This document shows positions 1-13,477 of a stretch of 50,108 nucleotides of DNA, piece by piece. The DNA comes from Somniosus microcephalus (lineage: Eukaryota): the NCBI GenBank assembly GCA_052327205.1, contig JBMRGM010001163.1, positions 1-50,108 of the forward strand, written 5' to 3'. Made by a program: the position numbers and the translations under genes. The notes under the pieces were generated by a model. That model ran no database searches and was not told where the DNA came from. It worked only from the letters and a program-made list of their open reading frames with translations. Each line of letters begins with the position of its first letter. The stretch's first letter is position 1.

Positions 1-207
1 AAAACACGGATAGTAAACTGAAAATCTACTTTAAGGTGGATTTAGCAGTAAGGAAAAATCAGAGTATTTTCCTGAAGCCGGCTCTAGGGCGCGCACACAC
101 CGCCCGTCACTCTCCTCAACAAAACCTTTACTTTTTATAAAAAAATTATTTTACTAAGAGGAGGCAAGTCGTAACATGGTAAGTGTACTGGAAAGTGTAC
201 TTGGAAT
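1..207 (+). rRNA. rrnS: 12S rRNA, 3' part (partial)
   Basis: Conserved SSU motifs cacaccgcccgtcac and aagtcgtaacatggtaag; followed by tRNA-Val. Confidence 0.95.
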
Positions 208-279
208 CAAAATGTAGCTTAAATAGTAAAGCACCTCCCTTACACCGAGGACAAACCCGCGCACTTCGAGTCATTTTGA
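208..279 (+). tRNA. trnV: tRNA-Val (TAC)
   Basis: Acceptor caaaatg/cattttg, anticodon loop cttacac; lies between 12S and 16S. Confidence 0.93.
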
Positions 280-1954
280 ACATTAAAGCTAGCCTAATTA
301 CCCTATTTAAACAAAACCCTATCAATTATATCCACCATTAATTTTTAAATTAAAACATTTTACACCTTTTAGTATGGGTGACAGAACAATAAATTTTAGC
401 GCAATAGACTATGTACCGCAAGGGAGAGCTGAAAAAGAAATGAAACAAATAATTAAAGTAATAAAAAGCAGAGACTCAACCTCGTCCCTTTTGCATCATG
501 ATTTAGCTAGATCAACTAGGCAAAGAGATCTTAAGTCTATCTTCCCGAAACTAAACGAGCTACTCCGGAGCAGCACATTAGAGCCAACCCGTCTCTGTGG
601 CAAAAGAGTGGGAAGACTTCCGAGTAGCGGTGACAGACCTATCGAGTTTAGTGATAGCTGGTTATCCAAGAAAAGAACTTAAATTCTGCATTAATTTTTT
701 TACGCCGACTAGAACATCTTCTTAAGGCCAAAAATAAGAATTAGTAGTTATTTAGAAGAGGTACAGCCCTTCTAAATTAAGATACAACTTTTAAAGGCGG
801 GTAATGATCACATTTTATTAAAGGTTTTACCCCCAGTGGGCTTAAAAGCAGCCATCTGTAAAGTAAGCGTCACAGCTCCAGCTCCATGCAAACCTATAAT
901 TTAGATATTATCTCACAACCCCCTTACCTGTATTGGATTATTTTATACATTTATAAAAGAACTTATGCTAAAATGAGTAATAAGAGGCCAAACCTCTCCT
1001 AACACAAGTGTACATCAGAAAGAATTAAATCACTGATAATTAAACGAACCCAAACTGAGGACATAATAATAATTTATTATCAACTAGAAAACCTTATTAA
1101 ATAATTCGTTAACCCCACACAGGAGTGTATTAAGGAAAGATTAAAAGAAAATAAAGGAACTCGGCAAACACAAACTCCGCCTGTTTACCAAAAACATCGC
1201 CTCTTGTTTAACTATCATAAGAGGTCCCGCCTGCCCTGTGACAATGTTCAACGGCCGCGGTATTTTGACCGTGCGAAGGTAGCGTAATCACTTGTCTTTT
1301 AAATGAAGACCTGTATGAAAGGCATCACGAGAGTTTAACTGTCTCTATTTTCTAATCAATGAAATTGATCTTCTCGTGCAGAAGCGAGAATATTACCATA
1401 AGACGAGAAGACCCTATGGAGCTTCAAACACTTAAATTAACTATGTAAAATTGTAATCCCCTGGGAATAATCACTCATACAATATTTCTAATTTAATTGT
1501 TTTTGGTTGGGGTGACCGAGGGGGAAAAAAAATCCCCCCTATCGATTGAGTATTTAATACTTGAAAATTAGAACGACAGTTCTAATTAATAAAACATTTA
1601 CCGAAAAATGACCCAGAATTTTTTCTGATCAATGAACCAAGTTACCCTAGGGATAACAGCGCAATCCTTTCCAAGAGTCCCTATCGCCGAAAGGGTTTAC
1701 GACCTCGATGTTGGATCAGGACATCCTAATGGTGCAACCGTTATTAAGGGTTCGTTTGTTCAACGATTAACAGTCCTACGTGATCTGAGTTCAGACCGGA
1801 GAAATCCAGGTCAGTTTCTATCTATGAACTTATTTTTCCTAGTACGAAAGGACCGGAAAAATGGAGCCAATGCCCAACGGTATGCTCCCTTTTCACCTGC
1901 TGAAATAAACTAAATTAGGTAAGAAAAAATTACCTAAAACCCAAGACAAGGGTT
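280..1954 (+). rRNA. rrnL: 16S rRNA
   Basis: Motifs cgcctgtttaccaaaaacat, gacgagaagaccct, gggataacagcgcaat and acgtgatctgagttcagaccgg; ends set by flanking tRNAs. Confidence 0.95.
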
Positions 1955-2029
1955 GTTAAGGTGGCAGAGCCTGGTAAATGCGAAAGACCTAAGTCCTTTA
2001 ATTCAGAGGTTCAAATCCTCTCCTTAATT
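1955..2029 (+). tRNA. trnL2: tRNA-Leu (UUR, TAA)
   Basis: gttaagg...ccttaat acceptor, anticodon loop cctaagt; lies just before ND1. Confidence 0.93.
1962..1974 (+). terminator. mTERF1-type tridecamer inside tRNA-Leu(UUR)
   Basis: TGGCAGAGCCTGG, one mismatch to the mammalian TGGCAGAGCCCGG site, in the canonical position; also at +16730 and +33460. Confidence 0.7.
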
Positions 2030-3004
2030 ATGCTACAACACATTTTACTCTACCTTATTAACCCACTTGCCTACATTGTCCCTATTCTTTTAGCTACAGC
2101 TTTTTTAACCTTAGTTGAACGAAAAATCCTGGGCTACATACAATTCCGTAAAGGTCCTAACATTGTAGGACCCTATGGGCTCCTTCAACCCATCGCAGAC
2201 GGCATTAAACTCTTTATCAAAGAACCCATCCGGCCATCTACGTCCTCCCCATTTTTATTTTTAGCCACCCCCACCCTCGCATTAACCCTAGCCCTCCTTA
2301 TATGAATACCCCTCCCCTTACCCCATTCAATCATTAACCTCAACCTAGGCCTCTTATTTATTTTGGCAGTCTCAAGTTTAACCGTATATACAATTCTAGG
2401 CTCAGGATGAGCATCAAATTCAAAATACGCCCTTATAGGGGCCCTACGAGCTGTAGCACAAACTATCTCCTACGAGGTTAGTTTAGGCCTCATCTTATTA
2501 TCTATAATTATCTTCGCAGGGGGATTTACACTTCACACCTTTAACCTAACCCAAGAAACAATCTGACTATTAATTCCAGGCTGACCATTAGCCATAATAT
2601 GGTATATCTCAACTTTAGCAGAGACCAACCGAGCACCGTTTGATCTAACCGAAGGAGAATCAGAATTAGTCTCAGGGTTTAATGTTGAATATGCAGCCGG
2701 GTCATTTGCCTTATTTTTCCTGGCCGAATATACAAATATTTTAATAATAAATACTCTTTCCGTAATTTTATTTATGGGCTCCTCCTATAACCCTACAATG
2801 CCACAAATTTCCACATTTTATTTAATAATAAAAGCAACACTACTCACCATAATTTTTCTATGAATTCGCGCATCCTACCCACGATTCCGTTATGACCAAC
2901 TTATACACTTAGTATGAAAAAACTTTTTACCACTAACCCTAGCCATCATCCTATGACACGCCGCCCTCCCACTCGCTATAGCAAGCCTTCCTCCACTAAC
3001 TTAG
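2030..3004 (+). CDS. ND1: NADH dehydrogenase subunit 1
   Basis: ATG..TAG, 975 bp in the mitochondrial code; motifs ERKILGYMQFRKGPN and [19 protein letters not shown]. Confidence 0.97.
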
Positions 3005-3006
3005 AT

Positions 3007-3076
3007 GGAAGTGTGCCTGAACTAAAGGACCACTTTGATAGAGTGGATAATGAAAGTTAAAATCTCTCCACTTCCT
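3007..3076 (+). tRNA. trnI: tRNA-Ile (GAT)
   Basis: ggaagtg/cacttcc acceptor, anticodon loop ttgatag. Confidence 0.93.
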
Positions 3077-3077
3077 A

Positions 3078-3149
3078 TTAGAAAAATAGGACTTGAACCT
3101 ACACCCAAGAGATCAAAACTCTTGGTACTTCCAATTATACTATTTCCTA
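3078..3149 (-). tRNA. trnQ: tRNA-Gln (TTG)
   Basis: Minus-strand anticodon arm gagttttgatctc; IQM cluster. Confidence 0.9.
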
Positions 3150-3218
3150 AGTAAAGTCAGCTAATTAAGCTTTTGGGCCCATACCCCAACCACGTCGGTT
3201 AAAATCCTTCCTCTACTA
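3150..3218 (+). tRNA. trnM: tRNA-Met (CAT)
   Basis: Anticodon arm ttgggcccataccccaa. Confidence 0.93.
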
Positions 3219-4265
3219 ATGAACCCTGTAGTATTAACCATTATTATCTCAAGCCTAGGCCTGGGAACCATAATAACATTTATTGGATCCCATTGACTCC
3301 TGGTATGAATAGGCCTTGAAATTAATACCTTGGCTATTATCCCTTTAATAATTCGCCAACACCACCCCCGAGCAGTAGAAGCAACCACAAAATATTTCCT
3401 AACACAAGCAACCGCCTCTGCTCTACTTTTATTTGCTAGTATTACAAACGCCTGAACATCAGGCGAATGAAGTTTACTTGAAATACTTAACCCAACATCC
3501 GCCACACTTGCAACTATCGCATTAGCCTTAAAAATTGGCCTCGCACCAATACATTTTTGACTACCTGAAGTACTTCAAGGATTAGACCTTACCACAGGTT
3601 TAATTCTAGCCACCTGACAAAAACTTGCTCCCTTTGCCATTCTCCTTCAACTCCATCACTTGCTTAATTCAAATTTACTACTATTCTTAGGCATTTCTTC
3701 AACTATCGTTGGGGGCTGAGGCGGCCTAAACCAGACTCAACTACGAAAAATCCTAGCTTACTCATCAATCGCCCACCTTGGATGAATAATTACAATCCTA
3801 CATTACTCCCCTAACCTTACCAAACTCAACCTCTCCTTATATATTATTATAACCCTCACAACCTTTCTCCTCTTTAAACTCTTCGACTCCACTAAAATTA
3901 ATTCTATCGCCATCTCAACAGTCAAATCACCCCTTCTAACTGTAATTACCTTAATAACCCTACTCTCTCTTGGTGGCCTACCACCACTTTCAGGATTTAT
4001 ACCAAAATGATTGATTTTACAAGAACTAACCAAACAAAACCTGGCTATTCCAGCCACCATTATAGCCCTCGCAGCCCTCCTTAGCTTATTCTTCTACCTT
4101 CGTCTATGCTACTCTACAACCCTAACCATATCCCCAAACTCTATCTATCTATCAACCTCATGACGAACAAAATCCCTTCAACCAAACATAACCCTAATGA
4201 CAGCCTCCTCCCTCTCTATTCTACTCTTACCACTAACACCTGCCATTCTTATATTAACACTTTAA
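3219..4265 (+). CDS. ND2: NADH dehydrogenase subunit 2
   Basis: ATG start; motifs [12 protein letters not shown] and [17 protein letters not shown]; TAA overlaps trnW by 1 nt (or an incomplete TA stop). Confidence 0.96.
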
Positions 4266-4333
4266 GAAATTTAGGCTAAATAGACCAAAAGCCTTCAAAG
4301 CTTTTAGCAGGAGTGAAAATCCCCTAATTTCTG
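4265..4333 (+). tRNA. trnW: tRNA-Trp (TCA)
   Basis: agaaatt/aatttct acceptor, anticodon arm aaagccttcaaagcttt. Confidence 0.93.
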
Positions 4334-4334
4334 T

Positions 4335-4403
4335 TAAGACTTGCAAGATTTTATCTCACATCTTCTGAATGCAACCCAGATGCTTTTATTAAGCTAAAAC
4401 CTT
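4335..4403 (-). tRNA. trnA: tRNA-Ala (TGC)
   Basis: Minus-strand anticodon TGC; WANCY cluster. Confidence 0.9.
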
Positions 4404-4477
4404 CTAGATAAATAGGCCTTGATCCTACAAAAATCTTAGTTAACAGCTAAGCGTCCAAACCAGCGAACTTTTATCTA
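4404..4477 (-). tRNA. trnN: tRNA-Asn (GTT)
   Basis: Minus-strand anticodon arm cttagctgttaactaag. Confidence 0.9.
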
Positions 4478-4480
4478 CGG

Positions 4481-4516
4481 CTTCCTCCCGCCGTAATACG
4501 GGGAGGCGGGAGGAAA
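4481..4516. promoter_or_regulatory. Origin of light-strand replication (OL) stem-loop
   Basis: 11-bp inverted repeat ttcctcccgcc (4482-4492) / ggcgggaggaa (4505-4515) between trnN and trnC. Confidence 0.9.
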
Positions 4517-4581
4517 GCCCCGGGAGGAGTTAACCTCCGGTTTTGGATTTGCAATCCAACGTATAAATCTACTGCGGAACT
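4515..4581 (-). tRNA. trnC: tRNA-Cys (GCA)
   Basis: Minus-strand anticodon arm ttggattgcaaatccaa. Confidence 0.9.
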
Positions 4582-4582
4582 T

Positions 4583-4652
4583 TGGTAAGAAGAGGGGTTT
4601 AACCTCTGTTCACGGGATTACAATCCGCCACTTAATTCTCAGTCACCTTACC
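4583..4652 (-). tRNA. trnY: tRNA-Tyr (GTA)
   Basis: Minus-strand anticodon arm ggattgtaatccc. Confidence 0.9.
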
Positions 4653-4653
4653 T

Positions 4654-6210
<1,557 letters not shown>

Positions 6211-6281
6211 CAAGGAAGGAAGGAATTGAACCCCCGTATATTGATTTCAAGTCAATCACATCACCACTCTGTCACTTTCTT
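6211..6281 (-). tRNA. trnS2: tRNA-Ser (UCN, TGA)
   Basis: Minus-strand anticodon arm ttgacttgaaatcaa. Confidence 0.9.
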
Positions 6282-6284
6282 TGT

Positions 6285-6354
6285 AAGATTCTAGTAAAAT
6301 GTATTACACTGCCTTGTCAAGGCAAAATTGTAAGTTCAAGTCTTACGAGTCCTA
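6285..6354 (+). tRNA. trnD: tRNA-Asp (GTC)
   Basis: Anticodon arm tgccttgtcaaggca. Confidence 0.92.
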
Positions 6355-6355
6355 A

Positions 6356-7049
<694 letters not shown>

Positions 7050-7123
7050 CACTAAGAAGCTACAATGGGTTTAGCATTAGCCTTTTAAGCTAAAAATTGG
7101 TGACTCCCTACCACCCTTAGTGA
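7050..7123 (+). tRNA. trnK: tRNA-Lys (TTT)
   Basis: cactaag/cttagtg acceptor, anticodon arm ttagccttttaagctaa. Confidence 0.93.
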
Positions 7124-7124
7124 C

Positions 7125-7292
7125 ATGCCTCAATTAAACCCACACCCTTGATTTGCCATTCTCATATTTTCATGAATTTTCTTCCTAGCAATTTTACCAA
7201 AAAAAGTAATAACACACCTATTCAATAATGAACCTACAACAAAAAGTGCTGAAAAACCCAAAACTGAGCCCTGAAATTGACCATGAACCTAA
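7125..7292 (+). CDS. ATP8: ATP synthase F0 subunit 8
   Basis: MPQLNPHPW...WNWPWT*, 168 bp, 10-nt overlap with ATP6. Confidence 0.96.
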
Positions 7293-7966
7293 GTTTTTTT
7301 GACCAATTCTTAAGCCCCTCACTCCTTGGAATCCCATTAATTGCCCTAGCAATTATAATCCCATGATTAATCTTCCCAGCTCCAACAAACCGCTGACTTA
7401 ATAATCGTCTTACAACCCTCCAATCCTGATTTATTAACCGATTTACATACCAATTAATACAGCCTATAAACCTTGGGGGACATAAATGAGCCACTATTTT
7501 AACAGCCCTAATATTATTTTTAATTACTATTAACCTTCTTGGTTTACTACCATATACTTTTACACCTACAACCCAATTATCCCTAAACATAGCATTTGCC
7601 ATCCCCCTTTGACTAACAACTGTTTTAATTGGGGTACTCAATCAACCCACCATTGCTCTTGGGCACCTACTACCAGAAGGCACTCCAACCCTATTAATCC
7701 CAATTTTAATTATTATCGAAACTATCAGCCTCTTTATTCGACCTTTAGCATTAGGTGTTCGACTAACTGCCAATCTTACAGCTGGCCACCTTCTCATACA
7801 ACTAATCGCCACCGCAGCCTTTGTATTAATTACTATTATACCCGCCGTAGCCCTACTAACCTCCCTAGTCTTATTTCTATTAACACTCTTAGAAATTGCC
7901 GTAGCAATAATTCAAGCATACGTATTTGTTCTTTTATTAAGCCTCTACTTACAAGAAAACGTTTAA
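7283..7966 (+). CDS. ATP6: ATP synthase F0 subunit 6
   Basis: MNLSFFDQF start; motif [19 protein letters not shown]; TAA overlaps the COX3 ATG by 1 nt. Confidence 0.96.
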
Positions 7967-8751
7967 TGGCTCACCAAGCACACGCATACCACATAGTTGA
8001 CCCCAGCCCATGGCCGCTGACAGGAGCTGTCGCTGCTTTACTAATAACATCAGGCTTAGCCGTCTGATTCCATTTTCACTCTGCTTACCTCCTTTATTTA
8101 GGTTTAATTCTCCTATCTCTAACCATAGTTCAATGATGACGAGATGTTATCCGAGAAGGGACATTTCAAGGCCACCACACCCCACCAGTACAAAAAGGTT
8201 TCCGCTACGGAATGATTTTATTCATCACATCAGAAGTTTTCTTCTTCCTCGGCTTTTTCTGGGCCTTCTACCACTCAAGCCTTGCCCCCACACCAGAATT
8301 GGGTGGGTGTTGACCGCCAACAGGAATTTATCCATTAGACCCCTTTGAAGTTCCACTTTTAAACACCGCAGTCCTTCTAGCATCTGGAGTCACAGTAACC
8401 TGGGCCCACCATAGCTTAATAGAAGGTAACCGAAAAGAAGCAATTCAAGCCCTAGCTTTAACCGTAGTACTGGGGTTTTATTTTACAGCCCTCCAGGCCA
8501 TAGAATATTACGAAGCCCCATTCACCATCGCCGATGGTGTCTATGGATCAACATTTTTTGTTGCTACCGGCTTCCACGGCCTCCATGTTATTATTGGTTC
8601 AACATTTCTAATAGTTTGTCTATTACGACAAATCCAATATCATTTTACATCAGAACATCATTTTGGCTTCGAAGCCGCTGCATGATACTGACATTTTGTA
8701 GATGTAGTATGATTATTCCTTTATGTTTCCATCTATTGATGAGGCTCATAA
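7966..8751 (+). CDS. COX3: Cytochrome c oxidase subunit III
   Basis: [17 protein letters not shown]...[22 protein letters not shown], 786 bp. Confidence 0.97.
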
Positions 8752-8753
8752 TT

Positions 8754-8823
8754 ACTTTTCTAGTATAAATTAGTACAAGTGATTTCCAATTATTTAATCT
8801 TGGTTAAAATCCAAGGAGGAGTA
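8754..8823 (+). tRNA. trnG: tRNA-Gly (TCC)
   Basis: Anticodon loop tttccaa; lies between COX3 and ND3. Confidence 0.92.
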
Positions 8824-9174
8824 ATGAACCTCATCATATCGTCTGTCGCAGCGACAGCCCTCATTTCCCTAATCCTTGTTTTCGTAGCATTTTGACTTCC
8901 TTCAATAAATCCAGATAACGAAAAATTATCCCCATATGAGTGTGGATTTGATCCATTAGGAAGTGCACGCCTCCCATTCTCACTGCGCTTCTTCCTTGTG
9001 GCGATTTTATTCCTACTATTTGACCTAGAAATTGCCCTCCTCCTACCCCTCCCATGAGGAGATCAACTACTAACCCCTCTCGCCTCATTATTGTGAGCAA
9101 CAAGTATTATTATTTTATTAACCTTGGGTCTTATTTATGAATGACTTCAAGGCGGTCTTGAATGAGCAGAGTAA
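8824..9174 (+). CDS. ND3: NADH dehydrogenase subunit 3
   Basis: ATG..TAA, 351 bp; motifs [12 protein letters not shown] and [13 protein letters not shown]. Confidence 0.96.
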
Positions 9175-9177
9175 ACA

Positions 9178-9247
9178 AGGTGTTTAGTCCAAAACAAGAC
9201 CACTAATTTCGGCTTAGTAAATTATGGTGAAAATCCATAAATACCTT
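9178..9247 (+). tRNA. trnR: tRNA-Arg (TCG)
   Basis: aggtgtt/aatacct acceptor, anticodon loop tttcggc. Confidence 0.92.
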
Positions 9248-9544
9248 ATGTCCCCTATCTATTTTAGTTTTAGCTCCGCATTTATCTTAGGCTTAATAGG
9301 CCTCGCATTCAACCGATCACACCTTTTATCCGCCTTACTCTGTTTAGAAGGAATAATACTATCCTTATTTATTGCCCTAGCCCTTTGATCAATAACACTA
9401 AACTCCACTTCATGCTCAATTACCCCAATAATCCTTTTAACTTTTTCTGCTTGTGAAGCAGGCGCAGGCCTTGCCCTGCTAGTAGCAGCTACTCGAACCC
9501 ACGGCTCAGACCGCCTTCAAAACTTAAATTTACTACAATGCTAA
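9248..9544 (+). CDS. ND4L: NADH dehydrogenase subunit 4L
   Basis: 297 bp; motifs [14 protein letters not shown] and NLNLLQC*; 7-nt overlap with ND4. Confidence 0.96.
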
Positions 9545-10918
9545 AAATCTTAATTCCAACAATTATATTATTTCTCATTACATGACTCTCATCAAAAAAA
9601 TGATTATGACCTATTACAACTGCCCATAGTCTTTTAATCGCATTACTCAGTATACTGTGATTTAAATGAAATACGGATATTGGATGAGATTTCTCTAACC
9701 AATACCTAGGTATTGATCCTCTCTCAGCCCCTTTACTTATCCTCACCTGCTGGCTCCTCCCATTAATGATTTTAGCAAGTCAAAACCACATTTCCACTGA
9801 ACCTATTATTCGCCAACGAATTTATATTACACTACTAATCTCCCTACAAACTTTCCTCATCTTAGCATTTAGTGCAACAGAATTAATTATATTTTATATT
9901 ATATTTGAAGCTACATTAATCCCAACCCTTATTATTATTACCCGATGAGGAAATCAAACTGAACGCTTAAACGCAGGAACCTATTTTTTATTTTATACCC
10001 TAATCGGCTCATTACCCCTACTTATCGCCCTTTTACTTATACAAAATGACCTGGGCTCTCTATCTATAATTATTATTCAATATCCTGAACCACTTAGCCT
10101 ATCCACATGAGCTGATAAGTTATGGTGAGTAGCCTGCCTTATTGCCTTCCTAGTAAAAATACCTCTCTATGGAGTACATCTTTGACTACCCAAAGCCCAC
10201 GTTGAAGCCCCTATTGCAGGATCAATAATTTTAGCTGCAGTACTACTTAAATTAGGGGGCTATGGGTTAATACGAATTATTGTTATACTTAATCCTTTAA
10301 CCAAAGAAATAGCGTACCCATTCTTAATTCTAGCCATCTGAGGCGTAATCATAACCAGTTCGATTTGCCTCCGGCAAACCGACCTTAAATCCCTAATTGC
10401 TTATTCATCCGTAAGCCATATAGGTTTAGTTGCCGGAGCAATCATAATCCAAACACCATGAAGCTTTGCAGGGGCAATTACATTAATAATCGCACACGGA
10501 TTAATTTCATCAACCCTCTTCTGCCTAGCAAATACTAACTACGAACGCACCCATAGCCGCACCCTTCTCCTCGCTCGAGGCATTCAAGTTATACTTCCAC
10601 TTATGGCAACCTGATGATTTATTACTAACCTAGCTAACCTCGCTCTTCCGCCCACCCCTAATTTAATAGGAGAACTCCTTATCATTTCCTCACTATTTAA
10701 CTGATCTAATTGAACTATCTTATTGACCGGACTGGGGGTTTTAATTACAGCCGCATATTCCCTATACATATTTTTAATAACTCAACGAGGCCTTGCATCA
10801 CAACATTTACTATCCTTAAACCCATCACATACTCGAGAACACCTTCTCCTCAATCTCCATCTTATCCCTATATTATTATTAATCTTCAAACCAGAACTTA
10901 TTTGGGGTTGAACCTTCT
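9538..10918 (+). CDS. ND4: NADH dehydrogenase subunit 4
   Basis: MLKILIPT start; motif [16 protein letters not shown]; 1381 bp with an incomplete T stop. Confidence 0.97.
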
Positions 10919-10987
10919 GTTATTATAGTTTAACAAAAACATTAGATTGTGATTCTAAAAACAAAAGTTAAAATCTTTTTAATAACC
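10919..10987 (+). tRNA. trnH: tRNA-His (GTG)
   Basis: gttatta/taataac acceptor, anticodon arm ttagattgtgattctaa. Confidence 0.93.
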
Positions 10988-11054
10988 AAGAGGGGTCTGG
11001 GACACAAAGAACTGCTAATTCTTTTATTCATGGTTCAAATCCATGGCTCACTTG
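10988..11054 (+). tRNA. trnS1: tRNA-Ser (AGY, GCT), D-arm-less type
   Basis: Anticodon arm aagaactgctaattctt; HSL cluster. Confidence 0.88.
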
Positions 11055-11126
11055 GCCCTTGAAAGATAATAGCTATCTATTGGTCTTAGGAACCAAAAAC
11101 TCTTGGTGCAACTCCAAGCAAGAGCT
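11055..11126 (+). tRNA. trnL1: tRNA-Leu (CUN, TAG)
   Basis: Anticodon arm ttggtcttaggaaccaa. Confidence 0.93.
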
Positions 11127-12959
11127 ATGAATATAACTATCTTTAACTCAGCCTTCCTCCTTATCTTCATTATCCTGTTGTATCCCCTTATTTCATCACT
11201 ATCTCCTAAAGAACTTAACCTCAACTGAGCATCTTCACATGTTAAAACTGCTGTAAAAATTTCCTTCTTCGTTAGCCTTATACCATTATTTATTTACCTA
11301 GACCAGGGCCTAGAATCAATCACAACCAATTGAAACTGAATTAATATTGGACCATTTGACATTAACATAAGTTTTAAATTTGATATATACTCAATTATCT
11401 TCACCCCGATTGCCCTATACGTAACCTGATCTATCCTCGAATTTGCCCTCTGATATATGCACTCAGACCCAAACATCAACCGCTTCTTTAAATATTTACT
11501 CCTATTCCTAATTTCCATAATCATCTTAGTCACAGCCAACAACATATTCCAATTATTCATTGGTTGGGAGGGAGTTGGAATCATATCTTTCCTCCTTATC
11601 GGTTGATGGTATAGTCGAACGGACGCAAATACTGCGGCCCTACAGGCCGTGATTTATAACCGCGTAGGGGACATCGGCCTTATCTTAAGTATAGCTTGAT
11701 TAGCTATAAACCTAAACTCATGAGAAATCCAACAACTATTTATTCTTTCCAAAGAGAAAGACTTAACTTTACCTCTTCTTGGTTTAGTCCTAGCTGCAGC
11801 AGGAAAATCTGCACAGTTTGGACTCCACCCATGGCTGCCTGCAGCCATGGAAGGACCCACGCCAGTCTCTGCCCTACTCCACTCTAGTACTATAGTTGTT
11901 GCTGGTATCTTCCTATTAATTCGCCTCCACCCACTAATGCAAGATAACCAACTAATCTTAACAACATGCCTATGCTTAGGAGCCCTGACTACTCTATTTA
12001 CTGCCGCATGCGCATTAACTCAAAATGATATTAAAAAAATCATTGCCTTTTCAACATCAAGCCAACTCGGCTTAATAATAGTTACAATTGGACTAAATCA
12101 GCCCCAATTAGCGTTTCTTCATATTTGCACACACGCTTTCTTTAAAGCAATACTTTTCCTCTGTTCAGGCTCAATTATTCATAGTTTAAATGATGAACAA
12201 GATATTCGAAAGATAGGAGGATTACAAAAACTTCTACCATTAACCTCATCATCCTTAACCATTGGCAGCCTCGCCCTTACAGGAATGCCCTTCCTATCAG
12301 GGTTTTTTTCAAAAGACGCAATCATTGAATCTTTAAACACTTCCCATTTGAACGCCTGAGCCCTAATTTTAACTCTTATTGCAACTTCCTTCACCGCCAT
12401 TTACAGCCTGCGCCTTGTCTTCTTTGCCTTAATAAAATACCCACGATTTCCCCCCCTCTCCCCCATCAATGAAAATAATATTCTAGTTATTAACCCAATC
12501 AAACGACTCGCATACGGAAGTATCCTCGCTGGCTTAATCATTACACTTAACCTCCCACCAACAAAAACCCAAATTATGACCATAACTCCATTACTAAAAT
12601 TATCCGCCCTCCTAGTGACTATTATTGGCCTGCTAGTAGCGCTAGAACTAGCCAACCTAACCAGCACTCAACTCAAAACTACCCCGACCCTACTAACCCA
12701 CCATTTCTCCAATATATTAGGATATTTTCCCCCAATTATTCACCGATTAATACCAAAGCTCAACTTAAAATGGGCTCAATACGTCTCAACACACCTTATT
12801 GACCTAACCTGAAACGAAAAAATTGGCCCAAAAAGCACTCTTATCCAACAAACACCTCTAATTAAATTATCTACGCAACCCCAACAAGGACTGATCAAAA
12901 CCTACTTAATACTACTTTTCCTAACACTAACTTTAACCGTCTTAGTCATTACAGCCTAA
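11127..12959 (+). CDS. ND5: NADH dehydrogenase subunit 5
   Basis: ATG..TAA, 1833 bp; motifs [16 protein letters not shown] and [10 protein letters not shown]. Confidence 0.97.
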
Positions 12960-13477
12960 ACCACACGTAAAGTACCATACGATAGACCCCGAGTTAATTC
13001 TAAAATCACAAATAACGTTAAAAGTAACACCCACCCCCCCAACACTAACATAATCCCCCCATTAGAGTACAATAAAGCTACACCACCAAAATCCCCTCGA
13101 ACCATTTCTAAATTACTCATTTCCTCAACCCCCGTTCAACCCAGTCCTCACCATTTAGTAAAAAAATACTGTCCTACAAAAAAAAGACCAAGTAAATAAA
13201 CACTAATATATAATAATACAGATCAATCAGCCCACGTCTCAGGATATGGCTCAGCAGCAAGCGCTGCCGTATAAGCAAACACAACCAACATTCCCCCTAA
13301 ATAAATCAAAAATAGTACTAAAGATAAAAAAGACCCACCATGCCCAACTAATAAGCCACACCCAACCCCAGCAGCTATTACTAAACCAAGCGCTGCAAAA
13401 TAAGGGGAAGGATTTGACGCCACTGCTATTAATCCAAGAACAAGCCCTACTAATATTACAAATATAAAATAAACCAT
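12956..13477 (-). CDS. ND6: NADH dehydrogenase subunit 6
   Basis: Minus strand, ATG at 13477 to TAG, 522 bp; motifs [14 protein letters not shown] and [12 protein letters not shown]. Confidence 0.96.

Noticed and set aside
1319-1395. Humanin-homologous stretch (KASREFNCLYFLINEIDLLVQKRE)
   Set aside because: The position of the humanin start codon is AAG, and in-frame TGA (1316) and AGA (1307) codons lie just upstream, so there is no usable start in either code.
374-1913. ORFs of 102 aa (374-682) and 93 aa (1632-1913) in 16S, and of 65 aa in 12S (16082-16279)
   Set aside because: They are chance frames within conserved rRNA, have no recognisable protein features and contain AGA/AGG mitochondrial stops.
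7609-8067. 152-aa ORF in an alternative ATP6 frame running in-frame into COX3
   Set aside because: It is open only in the standard code from a TTG start, contains AGA/AGG mitochondrial stops, and its N/S/T-rich composition is typical of off-frame mtDNA.
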